Source: an uncultured Spirochaetota bacterium
Lineage (GTDB): Bacteria > Spirochaetota > Brevinematia > Brevinematales > JAOACQ01
Length of the DNA: 64,000 nt
Assembly: GCA_963783575.1 (NCBI GenBank)
Contig: CAWAOD010000015.1
Location: 174,236 to 238,235, forward strand
Direction of reading: 5' to 3'
Below the pieces are notes generated by a model. The model did no database searches. It was not told where the DNA came from and was given only the letters and a program-made list of their open reading frames with translations. The stretch's first letter is position 1, and each line of letters begins with the position of its first letter. A program made the translations under genes and the position numbers. Shown here piece by piece: positions 32,485 to 43,270 of the stretch.

Positions 32485-33057
32485 TCATTGCGCTCCATAG
32501 CTTATAATTAGCTTAAGGTAATCAATGCCATACAGTACAAGTTTCAGCACAAGCCCGAAAACAAGACCAGCAACTATCGCGGAGACTATGTCTGTCCTCA
32601 TTTCGACTTCCTTCTCCTTTTTTACGGACAGCGATACAATTTCAATTAATATTATTGTGATCATAATAACAATAACAATAGTTACAAAAAAATAAAACCT
32701 GCTTATTTTTTCTGTTAATCTGTAAGCCTGATCGGAAATGAAATAGACAAAAGCTGAAATAACACCCCTGTAGACAGATTCAAGATATTTTATTTTATTT
32801 ATGCCTTTTATAAAAAACGGAAAAAAGAAAATAAATAAAACCAGAAAAATCATACCGATTGAAATTCCTGTCAATAATTCTGCAGAAAGAGTCCCGTTTA
32901 CAATACCGATATCCTGGTTGATAAATTCGATCACGTTGTCGAAAAGATGGAAATAATATTGAATAACATATAATCCCGCCAGTAAAACGGCAAAAACAAT
33001 AATTGTTATAAAAATCCTCTTTAAATAATTAATCACTCTCGGCATAATTTCTCCCAA
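32485..33057 (-). CDS. hypothetical integral membrane protein
   Basis: Several hydrophobic helices; co-oriented with the downstream nitroreductase. Confidence 0.7.
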   Translation of the reverse strand: MGEIMPRVINYLKRIFITIIVFAVLLAGLYVIQYYFHLFDNVIEFINQDIGIVNGTLSAELLTGISIGMIFLVLFIFFFPFFIKGINKIKYLESVYRGVISAFVYFISDQAYRLTEKISRFYFFVTIVIVIMITIILIEIVSLSVKKEKEVEMRTDIVSAIVAGLVFGLVLKLVLYGIDYLKLIISYGAQ

Positions 33058-33348
33058 TATATTGTATTATAATTATTTTATGTCAAAACATTGAAATAAT
33101 CAAGAAGGATGGGCTGCAAAGTATAAAGCTTGATTGATTTTAGGAAATTATAATATTGATTATACTGCATTTAACTTGATTTATTATTTGATTAGATATA
33201 GACTTTTAAAGTAAGTTAATACTAAAATAATTTACTCATATTTAGTATATTGAGAATCAATAAATTGTGACATAATAAAGCACATCAAAAAATCAAAAAT
33301 CTTCGGTTAAAAATTCTATCAAGATTACGGGGGTAATTTCTGATTAAA

Positions 33349-34431
33349 TTGCATGAATTAATAGACAATATTTTAGGGACAAAAATTATCCAACCGGAGA
33401 ATAAGCATTTTTATACTTTAATCGAGAACAGCTCCTTATTCGGTTTCTGGGGTCACACTTTATTCATCTTCATCCTTGCCTGGATAGGAATTAAACCTCT
33501 GGTTTATTATAATATCTTCAGTTCTTTTATTTATATGATCTGCTATTTAATCAACAGAAAAGGCTTTCATTATTCAGCGCAGATTCTTGGATCTTTAGAA
33601 ATAATATTTCATGCATGGCTGGCTGTAATTTTGATCGGCTGGAGCAGCGGTTTTCATTATTATATACTTAGCATTGTTCCAATTGCCCTGTTTTCTCCGA
33701 AAAGAAATTTTTCATTCAAATTGATTATTGTTCTTTTATTTTTTGCCTCTTATTTAGGATTGAATATTTATAGTAATTTTTCAATCCCAATATACATATT
33801 AAATAATATAATAATCACCGGATTCAATTATATGAATATTATTGGTATTTTTTTGATTTTATTTCTTTTAGCTTATTTTTATTATAAAACAGTAAGGGAA
33901 ACCGAAAATGAATTAATACAGACAAATAAGCACTTTGAAGAACTCGCAAGTATTGATTCTTTGACAAAGCTTTTAAACCGGAGATCAATTTTAGATATCA
34001 TCAAGAATGAGGAAATCAGGTTCAAAAGAAGCGGGAAGCCTTTTGTTATTATGATTATCGATATTGATGACTTTAAGCGATTCAACGATCAATATGGCCA
34101 TGACTGCGGTGATTTTATACTGAAAGAATTGTCGGTACTTTTAAAAAACCTTCTCAGGGAGCAGGATTTCATATCCAGATGGGGCGGGGACGAACTGCTA
34201 ATATTGCTGACCGAAACAGAGATCGATAGAGGCTTTCTAATTGCTGAGAGAGTGAGGCAAAAAATCTGTAACGAATTGTTTTTGTATCATGGCATCGAAC
34301 TTCATGTAACAATAACTTTCGGAATATCTCAATTAGAAAGCCATTGTGATGCCGACCAATGCATAATCAAGGCGGACCAGGCTTTGATCGAGGGTAAAAA
34401 AATGGGTAAAAATATTGTTATAAAAAAGTAG
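33349..34431 (+). CDS. membrane-bound diguanylate cyclase (GGDEF domain, variant GGDEL)
   Basis: DSLTKLLNRR, DIDDFKRFNDQYGHDCGD, REQD I-site and RWGGDEL. Confidence 0.9.
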   Translation: MHELIDNILGTKIIQPENKHFYTLIENSSLFGFWGHTLFIFILAWIGIKPLVYYNIFSSFIYMICYLINRKGFHYSAQILGSLEIIFHAWLAVILIGWSSGFHYYILSIVPIALFSPKRNFSFKLIIVLLFFASYLGLNIYSNFSIPIYILNNIIITGFNYMNIIGIFLILFLLAYFYYKTVRETENELIQTNKHFEELASIDSLTKLLNRRSILDIIKNEEIRFKRSGKPFVIMIIDIDDFKRFNDQYGHDCGDFILKELSVLLKNLLREQDFISRWGGDELLILLTETEIDRGFLIAERVRQKICNELFLYHGIELHVTITFGISQLESHCDADQCIIKADQALIEGKKMGKNIVIKK

Positions 34432-34445
34432 TTTTATTAGGGATT

Positions 34446-35942
34446 TTATATCCCCAGGATTTCTTTAATTACTTCTCTTCCCTGTTTTAATTCGATTACT
34501 TTTGAATGGTTAATTTTAAGCTTTTCCAATCCGTTCAAAGCATGGTATTCAGGTATTCCGGAAATTCCGCTAAGTTTTTCGGCGGCTAAAATTTCATCCT
34601 TAACAGCAGAATCTCCTGTTAGGGCAAAATATACGGCCTGATTGAACTTAAACGGAGAAGCAGTCCCGCAGATAAAAGCCGGGGTAAAATCGCCTTTTGA
34701 CTTTTTGTATTTTTCATAAACGGAAACACCGACCGCAGTATGCGGATCAAGAAGATAACCGGTTTTTTCAAAGGTTGTTTTAATCTGTAAAAATGTTTCT
34801 TCTTCTGTTGCAAAATCTCCGTAAAGAATATTTTTAAGACGCTGACGAGTGGTTTCATCTACCTTGAACTGGCCTCTCTCAGTAAGTTCCTGGTACCACC
34901 GGTTTATTTTCAATGCGTTGTGATTTGTGATTTCAAAAAGAAATCTTTCAAGGTTAGATGAAATCAGAATATCCATAGACGGACTGGAAGTTTTGAAAAA
35001 TTCCCTCTTTCTATTATAAATTCCAGTATTAATAAAATCAGATAGTACATTATTTTTGTTGGATGCGCAAATGAGATTTTTTATCGGAAGACCCATTTCT
35101 CTCGCGTAAAACCCGGCCAGAATGTTGCCGAAATTACCGGTTGGAACGACCGTATTTATTTGATCACCGGGCTGAATCTTATTACTGCGGATCATCTGCA
35201 TATAAGCCCAGAAATAATATACGATCTGAGGTACAAGCCTTCCCCAATTTATTGAATTCGCCGAAGACAGGTCAAAGTTTTTATTATTAAGATACAAATT
35301 GAAGGTATTATCAGCGAAGATATTTTTAACCATATTCTGGCAGTCGTCAAAATTCCCTCTGACACCGACCACGAATGTATTTGATCCTGATGTTGTCAGC
35401 ATTTGCAGTTCCTGAACCCTGCTGACGCCTTCCTTTGGGTAAAAAACTATTATCTTTGTACCGGTAACATCTTTATAACCTTCGAGTGCGGCTTTACCGG
35501 TATCTCCTGAAGTAGCGACAAGGATTACTATTTCTCTGTTCCTTTTAAGTTTCTTTGCTCCAGCAGTCAGAAAATAAGGCATTATCTGGAGCGCGATATC
35601 CTTAAACGCCGCTGTAGGGCCATGCCATAGCTCAAGCACCGCTGTTTTTTCATCAAAAAAATTTAAAGGAGCTATCAGTTCATTATCGAATTTATCCTTA
35701 TTGTACGCCGAGGAAATAAAAGATTTTATCTCTTCTTCATTATAATCTTTGACGGTACCGGTCATAAAAGGTTTTAAAATGGAGTATGCCAGTTCTTGAT
35801 AATTCAAGTCCTCAAGGGATTCCATTTCAATTCCGGGTATTTGTTCCGGAATAAAGAGGCCTCCACGGGGTACCATTCCAAGGACTATCGCCTGAGCGCT
35901 GCTGACAGTATCATAATTACCCCTGGTACTGATATAATTCAT
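34446..35942 (-). CDS. thrC: threonine synthase
   Basis: YISTRG, ELWHGPTAAFKD, ATSGDTG, NSINWGR, PTGNFGN and DPHTAV motifs. Confidence 0.95.
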   Translation of the reverse strand: MNYISTRGNYDTVSSAQAIVLGMVPRGGLFIPEQIPGIEMESLEDLNYQELAYSILKPFMTGTVKDYNEEEIKSFISSAYNKDKFDNELIAPLNFFDEKTAVLELWHGPTAAFKDIALQIMPYFLTAGAKKLKRNREIVILVATSGDTGKAALEGYKDVTGTKIIVFYPKEGVSRVQELQMLTTSGSNTFVVGVRGNFDDCQNMVKNIFADNTFNLYLNNKNFDLSSANSINWGRLVPQIVYYFWAYMQMIRSNKIQPGDQINTVVPTGNFGNILAGFYAREMGLPIKNLICASNKNNVLSDFINTGIYNRKREFFKTSSPSMDILISSNLERFLFEITNHNALKINRWYQELTERGQFKVDETTRQRLKNILYGDFATEEETFLQIKTTFEKTGYLLDPHTAVGVSVYEKYKKSKGDFTPAFICGTASPFKFNQAVYFALTGDSAVKDEILAAEKLSGISGIPEYHALNGLEKLKINHSKVIELKQGREVIKEILGI

Positions 35943-36123
35943 TAAATTACCCTCAATATAGTTCAAACATTATTATAAAAACAAAACGGCTAAGAGTAAA
36001 GGAAAATTGATTACTCATTACTGTGTGTCAAAATTATTCGGAGTATTTTTGAAGCCCTTGTTTAACAAACATTTTTAATATTCCGATGAATTAATAGAAA
36101 TTGCGGAATAAGGTTATTGAAAT

Positions 36124-36762
36124 ATGAAAATGAATTTACCGGTAATTTTATTTTTAATGCTTTTATCTAATCCAATTTATACCGATTCGGATTTAAAAAG
36201 TATATTTTACTCAAATGTGGTCAGTATAGCTGAAAAAGCTATCGGTATGACTGAATTGCCGGTTATTAAAGGGGAAAAATTCCGGCCGGATTGCATAGGT
36301 TTCGTGAGGTATGTTTATTACAGGGCGGGACTTGATCTAGTGAAAGTATACGGGAACGGCCGCGGTGGCGTAAGTTCGCTTTATGACGGCCTGGAGAAGC
36401 GGGGACTTGTTTATACCGGGCGGCTTCCTGAACCGGGGGACCTTATTTTTTTCGATAATACCTATGATGTCAACGGGAACAGTAAATGGGACGATCCGCT
36501 GAGCCATATCGCAATAGTTGAAGCTGTCGGAAAACACAATACTATTTATTATATAGATTATTCAAATTCCAGAGTCAGCGAGGAAAGGCTTAATTTAAGT
36601 TATCCTAATACCCATGCCTTCAGGCAGGCGGACGGCAAATATTTTATAATAAATTCCTTTTTAAGAAGGGACAGGGGTGAGGGACTGGAACGGAAAGATT
36701 ATGTTTCCTCTTTTTTTTTCAGAGCTTTTGCTCATATCAGGGTTAACAAGCGTACCGCTTGA
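36124..36762 (+). CDS. NlpC/P60-CHAP family cell-wall hydrolase
   Basis: Signal peptide; DCIGFVRYVY, PGDLIFFDNT and SHIAIV motifs. Confidence 0.8.
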   Translation: MKMNLPVILFLMLLSNPIYTDSDLKSIFYSNVVSIAEKAIGMTELPVIKGEKFRPDCIGFVRYVYYRAGLDLVKVYGNGRGGVSSLYDGLEKRGLVYTGRLPEPGDLIFFDNTYDVNGNSKWDDPLSHIAIVEAVGKHNTIYYIDYSNSRVSEERLNLSYPNTHAFRQADGKYFIINSFLRRDRGEGLERKDYVSSFFFRAFAHIRVNKRTA

Positions 36763-36822
36763 TCGCTATGAAATCCAATGAAGGATATTTGTCAGATCGA
36801 AGGTCACTCACCACAGAATTAA

Positions 36823-37404
36823 TTATTCCAGCATTTTTCTTTGTATTCTGGCTGACTGTTCGGGATCCATCAGGGACAAAAGATAAGATACAATTGACTG
36901 ACGGCCTGTTTCTGTCGCCCTGGTTTCCATGCGTTTGAGAATATCTATAATGAACATATCATCCTGCTTCTCCAGAATCTTAACCGCATTTTGAGGCGGC
37001 ATGCCTTCTATCCAGGCCGCTTGCTGATCCACCTGAACATCATAGGTTTCTTTTTTAGCCTTTTCTTTTTCAAAATTATCTATCATATTCCGGGTATTTT
37101 CGCGTTCTTTAGCGACATTCTCTTTTTCGATCAGGATATTCCTGGTTTCTTCCTCGAGCTTCTTTTTATCGCTTTCAAAGTTTCTGATCTTTTCATCAAG
37201 AATTTGTTCTTTCTTTTCAAGTTCCAGCTTTTCCAGGAGATAAGGGTCTTCGATCTTTACCGCATAAGCCTCGCGTATGAAAGGAACGCTGCTTAAAATC
37301 TGCTTGTAGTCAATGATCTGCAGCATATCCAGGATGTATAAGGATAGAAAAGCAAGCCCCAGGTTGATTAATAATAAAAAAAGTACCCGGTTATTTCGGT
37401 TCAT
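36823..37404 (-). CDS. flbB: periplasmic-flagellum collar protein FlbB-like
   Basis: N-terminal TM, coiled coil, GMPPQNAVKILE and SIVSYLLSLMDPE; located downstream of fliJ. Confidence 0.7.
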   Translation of the reverse strand: MNRNNRVLFLLLINLGLAFLSLYILDMLQIIDYKQILSSVPFIREAYAVKIEDPYLLEKLELEKKEQILDEKIRNFESDKKKLEEETRNILIEKENVAKERENTRNMIDNFEKEKAKKETYDVQVDQQAAWIEGMPPQNAVKILEKQDDMFIIDILKRMETRATETGRQSIVSYLLSLMDPEQSARIQRKMLE

Positions 37405-37428
37405 ACGGTTCTTTTCTCCGGCAGTTTA

Positions 37429-38157
37429 TTATTCGAAATTCTTAAATTCATTATAATATTTCAGGACCTGTTTAACATAATTTTGTGTTTCATCGTACGG
37501 CGGAATGTCGCCGTATTTGTCCACAACTCCCGGTCCGGCATTATATGCGGCCAGGGCAAGGTTTAAGTTATTATTGTATTTATTCAAAAGCATTTTAAGA
37601 TATTTAGTGCCGCCGATAATGTTGTCATGGGTATTATAAGGATCGGAAATCCCCAATAATCCGGCGGTTTCGGGCATTATCTGCATAAGCCCCATTGCTC
37701 CCTTCGGTGAAGTCGCATTATTATCATATTCCGATTCCTGTTTTATAACGGCCTTGATAAGTGATCTGTCCACGCCGTAAGTGCCGGAAGCTTCCGAAAT
37801 TGTGTTTGAGATTTCGGTATTTTTATTCTCGGAACGCAAATTTTGATACAGAAGTTTAAGCATTTCCTCGCTTTCTTTTTTATTTCCGATCAGCCGGTTA
37901 ATTTTGCCGATATCGCTTCCGGATAAGGAATCGGTTTCACCGGAATTATCCGCTCCTTGTAAAGAACCGTTTTCATCAAGTACCTGCTTCAAAATCTCGT
38001 TAAAAGTCTTTTGATTTCCGGAATTTTCATTGTTATTATCTTTAATTTCCGGTTTAAGACCTTTAATTTCAGAATTCTTCCCTAGTGATTTAATTTCTTC
38101 TATCCTTGCGCCGATTTCTGATATCCGGCCGATTACGCCTGAAATTCCTTCAACCAT
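37429..38157 (-). CDS. lytic transglycosylase (SLT domain)
   Basis: AVIKQES, SPKGAMGLMQIMP, ALAAYNAG and ETQNYV motifs. Confidence 0.93.
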   Translation of the reverse strand: MVEGISGVIGRISEIGARIEEIKSLGKNSEIKGLKPEIKDNNNENSGNQKTFNEILKQVLDENGSLQGADNSGETDSLSGSDIGKINRLIGNKKESEEMLKLLYQNLRSENKNTEISNTISEASGTYGVDRSLIKAVIKQESEYDNNATSPKGAMGLMQIMPETAGLLGISDPYNTHDNIIGGTKYLKMLLNKYNNNLNLALAAYNAGPGVVDKYGDIPPYDETQNYVKQVLKYYNEFKNFE

Positions 38158-38181
38158 ATTCCCCTCTTTCTGATCTTTTTA

Positions 38182-38646
38182 TTAATTTTCGGAATTTATC
38201 CCGGCCCCTTTATTTTTTATGTACAGATTCTTTCCTATTTCATCGGTATCTTTTTGTTCTTCTTTGTTTGCTTCTTCTTCATAGCGCTTGACAGCTTTAT
38301 CCTTTAGCACTCCAACAGCTTTTTTATCCCGTTTTAAGGCTGCATACTTTTCAATATGTTCCTGCATTATTTGACGTTTTTCTTCTATTACAACATTGAG
38401 TTTATTTATGGCAAGATCGGAATTTCTGATAAACCTGTCATAGGATTTGAGATTTTCAAGCAACAGCTTATTTTTATTTTTAACAAGTTCCTGTCTTAGA
38501 TTATTCAGGCCGTTGAGGATTTTTTCTTTTTTGTTCAGTTCGAATTGATAAGCTCCGCTGGCCTTTGCCAGCTCGATTTTTTCCTGATCCTCTTTTTTCT
38601 GGCGGATTTCAAGCAATTTTTGAAGTTTGAATTCAAACTTCCTCAT
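38182..38646 (-). CDS. fliJ: flagellar export protein FliJ
   Basis: MRKFEFKLQKLLEIR N-terminus, coiled coil, EEQKDTDE C-terminus. Confidence 0.88.
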   Translation of the reverse strand: MRKFEFKLQKLLEIRQKKEDQEKIELAKASGAYQFELNKKEKILNGLNNLRQELVKNKNKLLLENLKSYDRFIRNSDLAINKLNVVIEEKRQIMQEHIEKYAALKRDKKAVGVLKDKAVKRYEEEANKEEQKDTDEIGKNLYIKNKGAGINSEN

Positions 38647-38834
38647 AATTTCCCCTCAACTTATTTTACATTATTTTATTCCATAATTCCAGTAATTGAG
38701 CAATTTCCATCAAATTGATTCAATCATAAAAAGCTAAAGCTTTGTATTATAAGTCGGTTAGTCTTTTGGTTTAGCAATATTTTATTTTAATATAACTAAA
38801 AGACTAACTGACTAGCTGTCTTTCAACTAATACA

Positions 38835-39587
38835 TTACCTGCCGAAATAAAGCCTTTCTGCCAATTCTTCCGGTAAGCCGTTCTTAATAATCTTTTTTGC
38901 AGCCTGGTCAACATTGTATTGAAATCGGTAAAAATCTACGCTGAACTCAATATCGTCAAATACGCAGAATGAGGAACGGCTGTCTCCATCCCTGGGCTGT
39001 CCGATGCTGCCCGGATTTATCAGATACGAGCGGCCCGGTATGAGTTTGATTTTTGAATTTGCCTCATAAAAATATCGGCCGTTATCGTCAAATATTCCCG
39101 GCAGATGTGTGTGCCCGAAAAAACAGATGCTTAAGTTCAACTCATTTATTTTTTTGATTGACTGCGTTGCAGTCGAGCTTCTCAAGATATATTGATCGGG
39201 ATTGATTGGCGATCCATGTACGGCTAGGCATTTATTATCCAATACTGCCTGTTCTCTAAAATTTTCAATGTATTTTTTTTCAATATCATTCAGGTGGTTT
39301 TCGGTCCAGATTATTGCTTTATAAGCGATTTCATTTGCCTTCATTCTAAGCGAAGGGTTTATAATCATTCTTTCATGATTGCCTGATAATACAATATCGG
39401 CGTTTGATTTTACATATTCAAGACACTCAGAAGGAGAAGCCCCGTAACCTATTATATCTCCCAGACAGATAAGCCTGGCATCAGCTTTCTTTAAATTATC
39501 AATGACATTGACAAATTCCGATAAAGCCTCAAAATTCGAATGAATATCGCTGAATATAATATTTTTCATAAGATTATTATATACCAT
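38835..39587 (-). CDS. metallophosphoesterase family protein
   Basis: SDIHSN, GDIIGYG, GNHE, GHTH and NPGSIGQPRD motifs. Confidence 0.92.
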   Translation of the reverse strand: MVYNNLMKNIIFSDIHSNFEALSEFVNVIDNLKKADARLICLGDIIGYGASPSECLEYVKSNADIVLSGNHERMIINPSLRMKANEIAYKAIIWTENHLNDIEKKYIENFREQAVLDNKCLAVHGSPINPDQYILRSSTATQSIKKINELNLSICFFGHTHLPGIFDDNGRYFYEANSKIKLIPGRSYLINPGSIGQPRDGDSRSSFCVFDDIEFSVDFYRFQYNVDQAAKKIIKNGLPEELAERLYFGR

Positions 39588-39613
39588 TTTTCATATTTTT
39601 GCCGGTTAGCACC

Positions 39614-40656
39614 TTAAAGGCCTTTATCACACTTCAAAGGATTAAATCCCGGCGCAATATATCTGTTAAAATTTCTTGTATAACTGGCCTCGAATATTTT
39701 ACCTATAAATGGAATTTGCTCCAGTAAAAAGAAAAACCTATCCAGAATATAGAATTGTAATAATATCGCGATGAGTAATATTAAAAAAAAGAGTGCCGCA
39801 TCCGCAATTATTGTAAGAATTGTACCTAGAAAACCGGATATAAGGATATAAAAAACCGGCAGCAGCCTGAAACAAATCACAAACAATGCGATGTTTGTTG
39901 TCATATGAAGTATCAGCCTGAGGGTTGAAACCTGAATTGCTTTCTTGGGACATAAATTTATACAGCGATTGCAGTTTTCACAGTTGAAATTCCAAAACGG
40001 TTTTTTATGCAGAATTCCTTTTATGCTGATAACGTTTGCCGGACAGCTTTTTACGCATATTCCGCAAGCATTACAGTTTTTATCCGCAATGTAAATTTTT
40101 CCGAAAAACCTTCTTCCTATGAGCCGAAAAGAACTGCCGCAAGCCAGGTCCATAATGAATTGAAGAATCCGCACTTAAAATAATCTCTTTTTTGATTAAT
40201 AAATTTTTCAATGAATGATTCAATCTTTAAATCGCCTTTTGTTATAATTTTCCTTGATTCATTGCTGTCGGGAAGGTTTGAAACCTGAATCCAGTTATCC
40301 GGGTATTCCGCCCCGCCGGTAAGGAATACTTCAAAATGCCTTCTTTGAAGCATTCTCTTCACCTGCCGCAACGCCTGCATGGAATGGCCGCCATAAGTTG
40401 CTGCTACTGCTGCTTTAACACCGTTTCCATCTTTTAGTTTACTGATATATCTTTTTACAATAACAGGCGCAGAAAAACCAAGTACCGGGAAAGCAAAGAT
40501 ATGAAAATCATATTTTTCATCAGGAATTGTAATATCTTTATTAATAGAAAGCAGTTTTACATTGTATCCGTTCTTTATCAAAGATTCCCGGATAATTGTA
40601 ACGGCATGCGAGGTGTTTCCGGTTCCGGAAAAATAATGTATCAAGATCTTATTCAT
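39614..40656 (-). CDS. EFR1-family flavodoxin-ferredoxin protein, frameshifted near 40122
   Basis: N-part has YFSGTGNT; C-part has CNACGICVKSCP and CENCNRCINLCP. Confidence 0.85.
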
Positions 40657-40887
40657 TTATTTCCTTCCTTCAGACCCTCAGTTTCCTCAGTGCGCCTTTC
40701 TATATTCTTCTTTATGAAAGGTACCCGGTATATTTCATATATATTGTATATCCTTTATATTTTAATTGTAAAGTATTTTCATTATTGATTCAGCGGTAAA
40801 TAGATCTACTCTTTAGTAACAAATTTTGATTTTATTGCAAATATAACCTAAAATTATATTGTATTATCAATTTTTCAGGAGACTATT

Positions 40888-42009
40888 ATGATATCAAAAA
40901 GGGCGCTAAGAGTAGACTCTTCAGGGATCAGGAAAGTATTTGAACTTGCAGAAAAGATAGAAAACCCGGTAAACTTCAGTATCGGGCAGCCTGATTTCGA
41001 TGTGCCTGACTTATTAAAAGAAAAAGCGATTGAAGCCATAAAGAAAGGTTTCAACCGCTATTCATTAACCCAGGGGATTAACGAGCTTCGGGAAAAAGTG
41101 ATAGATCATATCCAGAAGACCCGGGGAAGAAAGTTTGAAATGGATGAGGTTATTATTACTTCAGGGACTTCCGGCGGATTATTCCTTGCCCTGATATCAT
41201 TATTGGATCCCGGAGATGAAATAGTTTTCTTCGATCCTTATTTTGTTATGTATAAGCATCTTATTAATTTAATAGACGGCAAACCGGTAATCATCGACAC
41301 ATACCCTGATTTTAAAATATCGGAAGACAAGCTCAGAAAGGCAGTTTCAAGAAGAACAAAAGCTATAATTATCAATAGTCCGAATAATCCGACAGGATAT
41401 GTTTACTCCAGGCAGGACATTGAGACAATAATTAAAGTCGCTAAAGAAAAAAATATTCTGGTCATTTCCGATGAAATCTATGACGGCTTTGTTTATAACG
41501 GAGAATTCCGGAGCGCTTCCATGTACTATGATAATGTTTTGATTTTGGGAGGTTTTTCAAAGACATACGCAATGACAGGCTGGAGGCTGGGTTATGCACT
41601 CGGCAACAGGGAATTGATTTCCAGAATGATTATACTTCAGCAATATTCCTTTGTTTGCGCGCCGACACCGTTTCAATTCGCCGCCGTCGCTGCGCTTGAT
41701 ACCGATACAAGCGCTTTTAATGAAAGCTACCGTAAGAAAAGAGATCTTATCTTTGATGGATTAAAAGATAATTTTGAAATTGTAAAGCCGAATGGGGCAT
41801 TTTATATTTTCCCGAAGCTGAAATATGGAAAAATCGATGAATTTGTCGAAAGGGCAATTCAAAATAAAGTGCTGATTATTCCGGGAAATGTATTCTCCGA
41901 AAAGAACACCAATTTCAGGATTTCATTTGCCACAACCGATGAAAAAATTAAAGAAGGTGTGGAGATATTGAACCGAACGGCTATCAAATATTATGCTGAA
42001 TACAAATGA
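40888..42009 (+). CDS. PLP-dependent aminotransferase class I/II
   Basis: GQPDF, NSPNNPTG, SDEIY and FSKTYAMTGWRLG motifs. Confidence 0.93.
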   Translation: MISKRALRVDSSGIRKVFELAEKIENPVNFSIGQPDFDVPDLLKEKAIEAIKKGFNRYSLTQGINELREKVIDHIQKTRGRKFEMDEVIITSGTSGGLFLALISLLDPGDEIVFFDPYFVMYKHLINLIDGKPVIIDTYPDFKISEDKLRKAVSRRTKAIIINSPNNPTGYVYSRQDIETIIKVAKEKNILVISDEIYDGFVYNGEFRSASMYYDNVLILGGFSKTYAMTGWRLGYALGNRELISRMIILQQYSFVCAPTPFQFAAVAALDTDTSAFNESYRKKRDLIFDGLKDNFEIVKPNGAFYIFPKLKYGKIDEFVERAIQNKVLIIPGNVFSEKNTNFRISFATTDEKIKEGVEILNRTAIKYYAEYK

Positions 42010-42049
42010 AAATGATTGACGATTTATATAAGGCTTAAAGGATCTAAAA

Positions 42050-43270
42050 ATGAATTTTAACCGAATTATTCAATTAATGATTATTATTTCGACTGCGGTC
42101 ATTTTTAATGCTTGCAGTAATAAACCGAACTTTATGAAGTATGATGTAGTTTTCTACGCCCCATTAGGTACTAATATTAATGAAATAGGAAACAATATCC
42201 CGATTTTACAAACAATATATACAAATGAGACTGATTTTTTTGTCGGGGATTATATCGATGTCCCGACAAGCTTAAAGATTTTCAGAAACAAGGTATATAT
42301 TGCCGATAAATATAACAACCGTATTTCAATCTATCCCCTAACCTCGTCGGCCGTATCCAATACACCGATACTCTCATCCGGCGACGGTTATAGTTTCGGA
42401 ACTCCTTTCCAGGTATTACTTAATAAATACGGTGAAATTTACGTACTTGCATCCATTTCAAATTATAATTATAATTATTTGACAAATGAAGGAGTTATTT
42501 CAATCCTGGAACCTTCAAACCAGGCAACAAATTACAGCCAGTATTATATATATAAATTTTCCGCGGACGGAAAATTTATATATGAAATCGGCGAGAACGG
42601 CATACATTCCAATCCGATGCAATACCCTGAAAGGATCGATATCGATCTTTTCGATAACATTTACGCTTATTTCAAGGATTACGACAGCGATATCGAAGAA
42701 TGGACCGTGAAAAGATTCTCACCGTCGGGAGAATTAAGTTTTGAATTCAACACAAAATATGTTTCTGCAACAAATGTCATGGATGACAGGGTATTTCTTG
42801 GAAGGATAAACGATGTCTATAACCTTAAAAATGATGAAAGGCTTTTAATATACAGCGATAATTATGCTATTGAGAAAAAGAACAAAACAAACGGCAATTT
42901 TGAACCCATTGTCACACCTGATGAATATTACCGCTCGCTGGATGTATATAGTGTTCTGCAGAATGCAATAACAAAAAATATTTTTACATCGAAAAAATTC
43001 ACCGATGAATTTATTAATATCACAAAGGATGATATTCTTGTTTTATATTCCTTTGACGAAAAATATTCCGGTATCAGGTTCCGTTTTATAGATATCGGCA
43101 GCAGTGCGCGTAAAGATGAAGTATATTATGCGCCTCCCATCCCGCAGCATTACCTTCATGTTAAGTACTTCGTGGATGATAACGGTCAGATATACAGCAT
43201 TATTATAAAAGATAACTTATATTACTTAATTCTTCAGTGGAAAAAGAAAGTAAGCAAGGATCTTTCATGA
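42050..43270 (+). CDS. beta-propeller/NHL-like lipoprotein
   Basis: Lipobox IFNAC; VYIADKYNNRI and IYKFSADGKFIYEIG repeats. Confidence 0.65.
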   Translation: MNFNRIIQLMIIISTAVIFNACSNKPNFMKYDVVFYAPLGTNINEIGNNIPILQTIYTNETDFFVGDYIDVPTSLKIFRNKVYIADKYNNRISIYPLTSSAVSNTPILSSGDGYSFGTPFQVLLNKYGEIYVLASISNYNYNYLTNEGVISILEPSNQATNYSQYYIYKFSADGKFIYEIGENGIHSNPMQYPERIDIDLFDNIYAYFKDYDSDIEEWTVKRFSPSGELSFEFNTKYVSATNVMDDRVFLGRINDVYNLKNDERLLIYSDNYAIEKKNKTNGNFEPIVTPDEYYRSLDVYSVLQNAITKNIFTSKKFTDEFINITKDDILVLYSFDEKYSGIRFRFIDIGSSARKDEVYYAPPIPQHYLHVKYFVDDNGQIYSIIIKDNLYYLILQWKKKVSKDLS

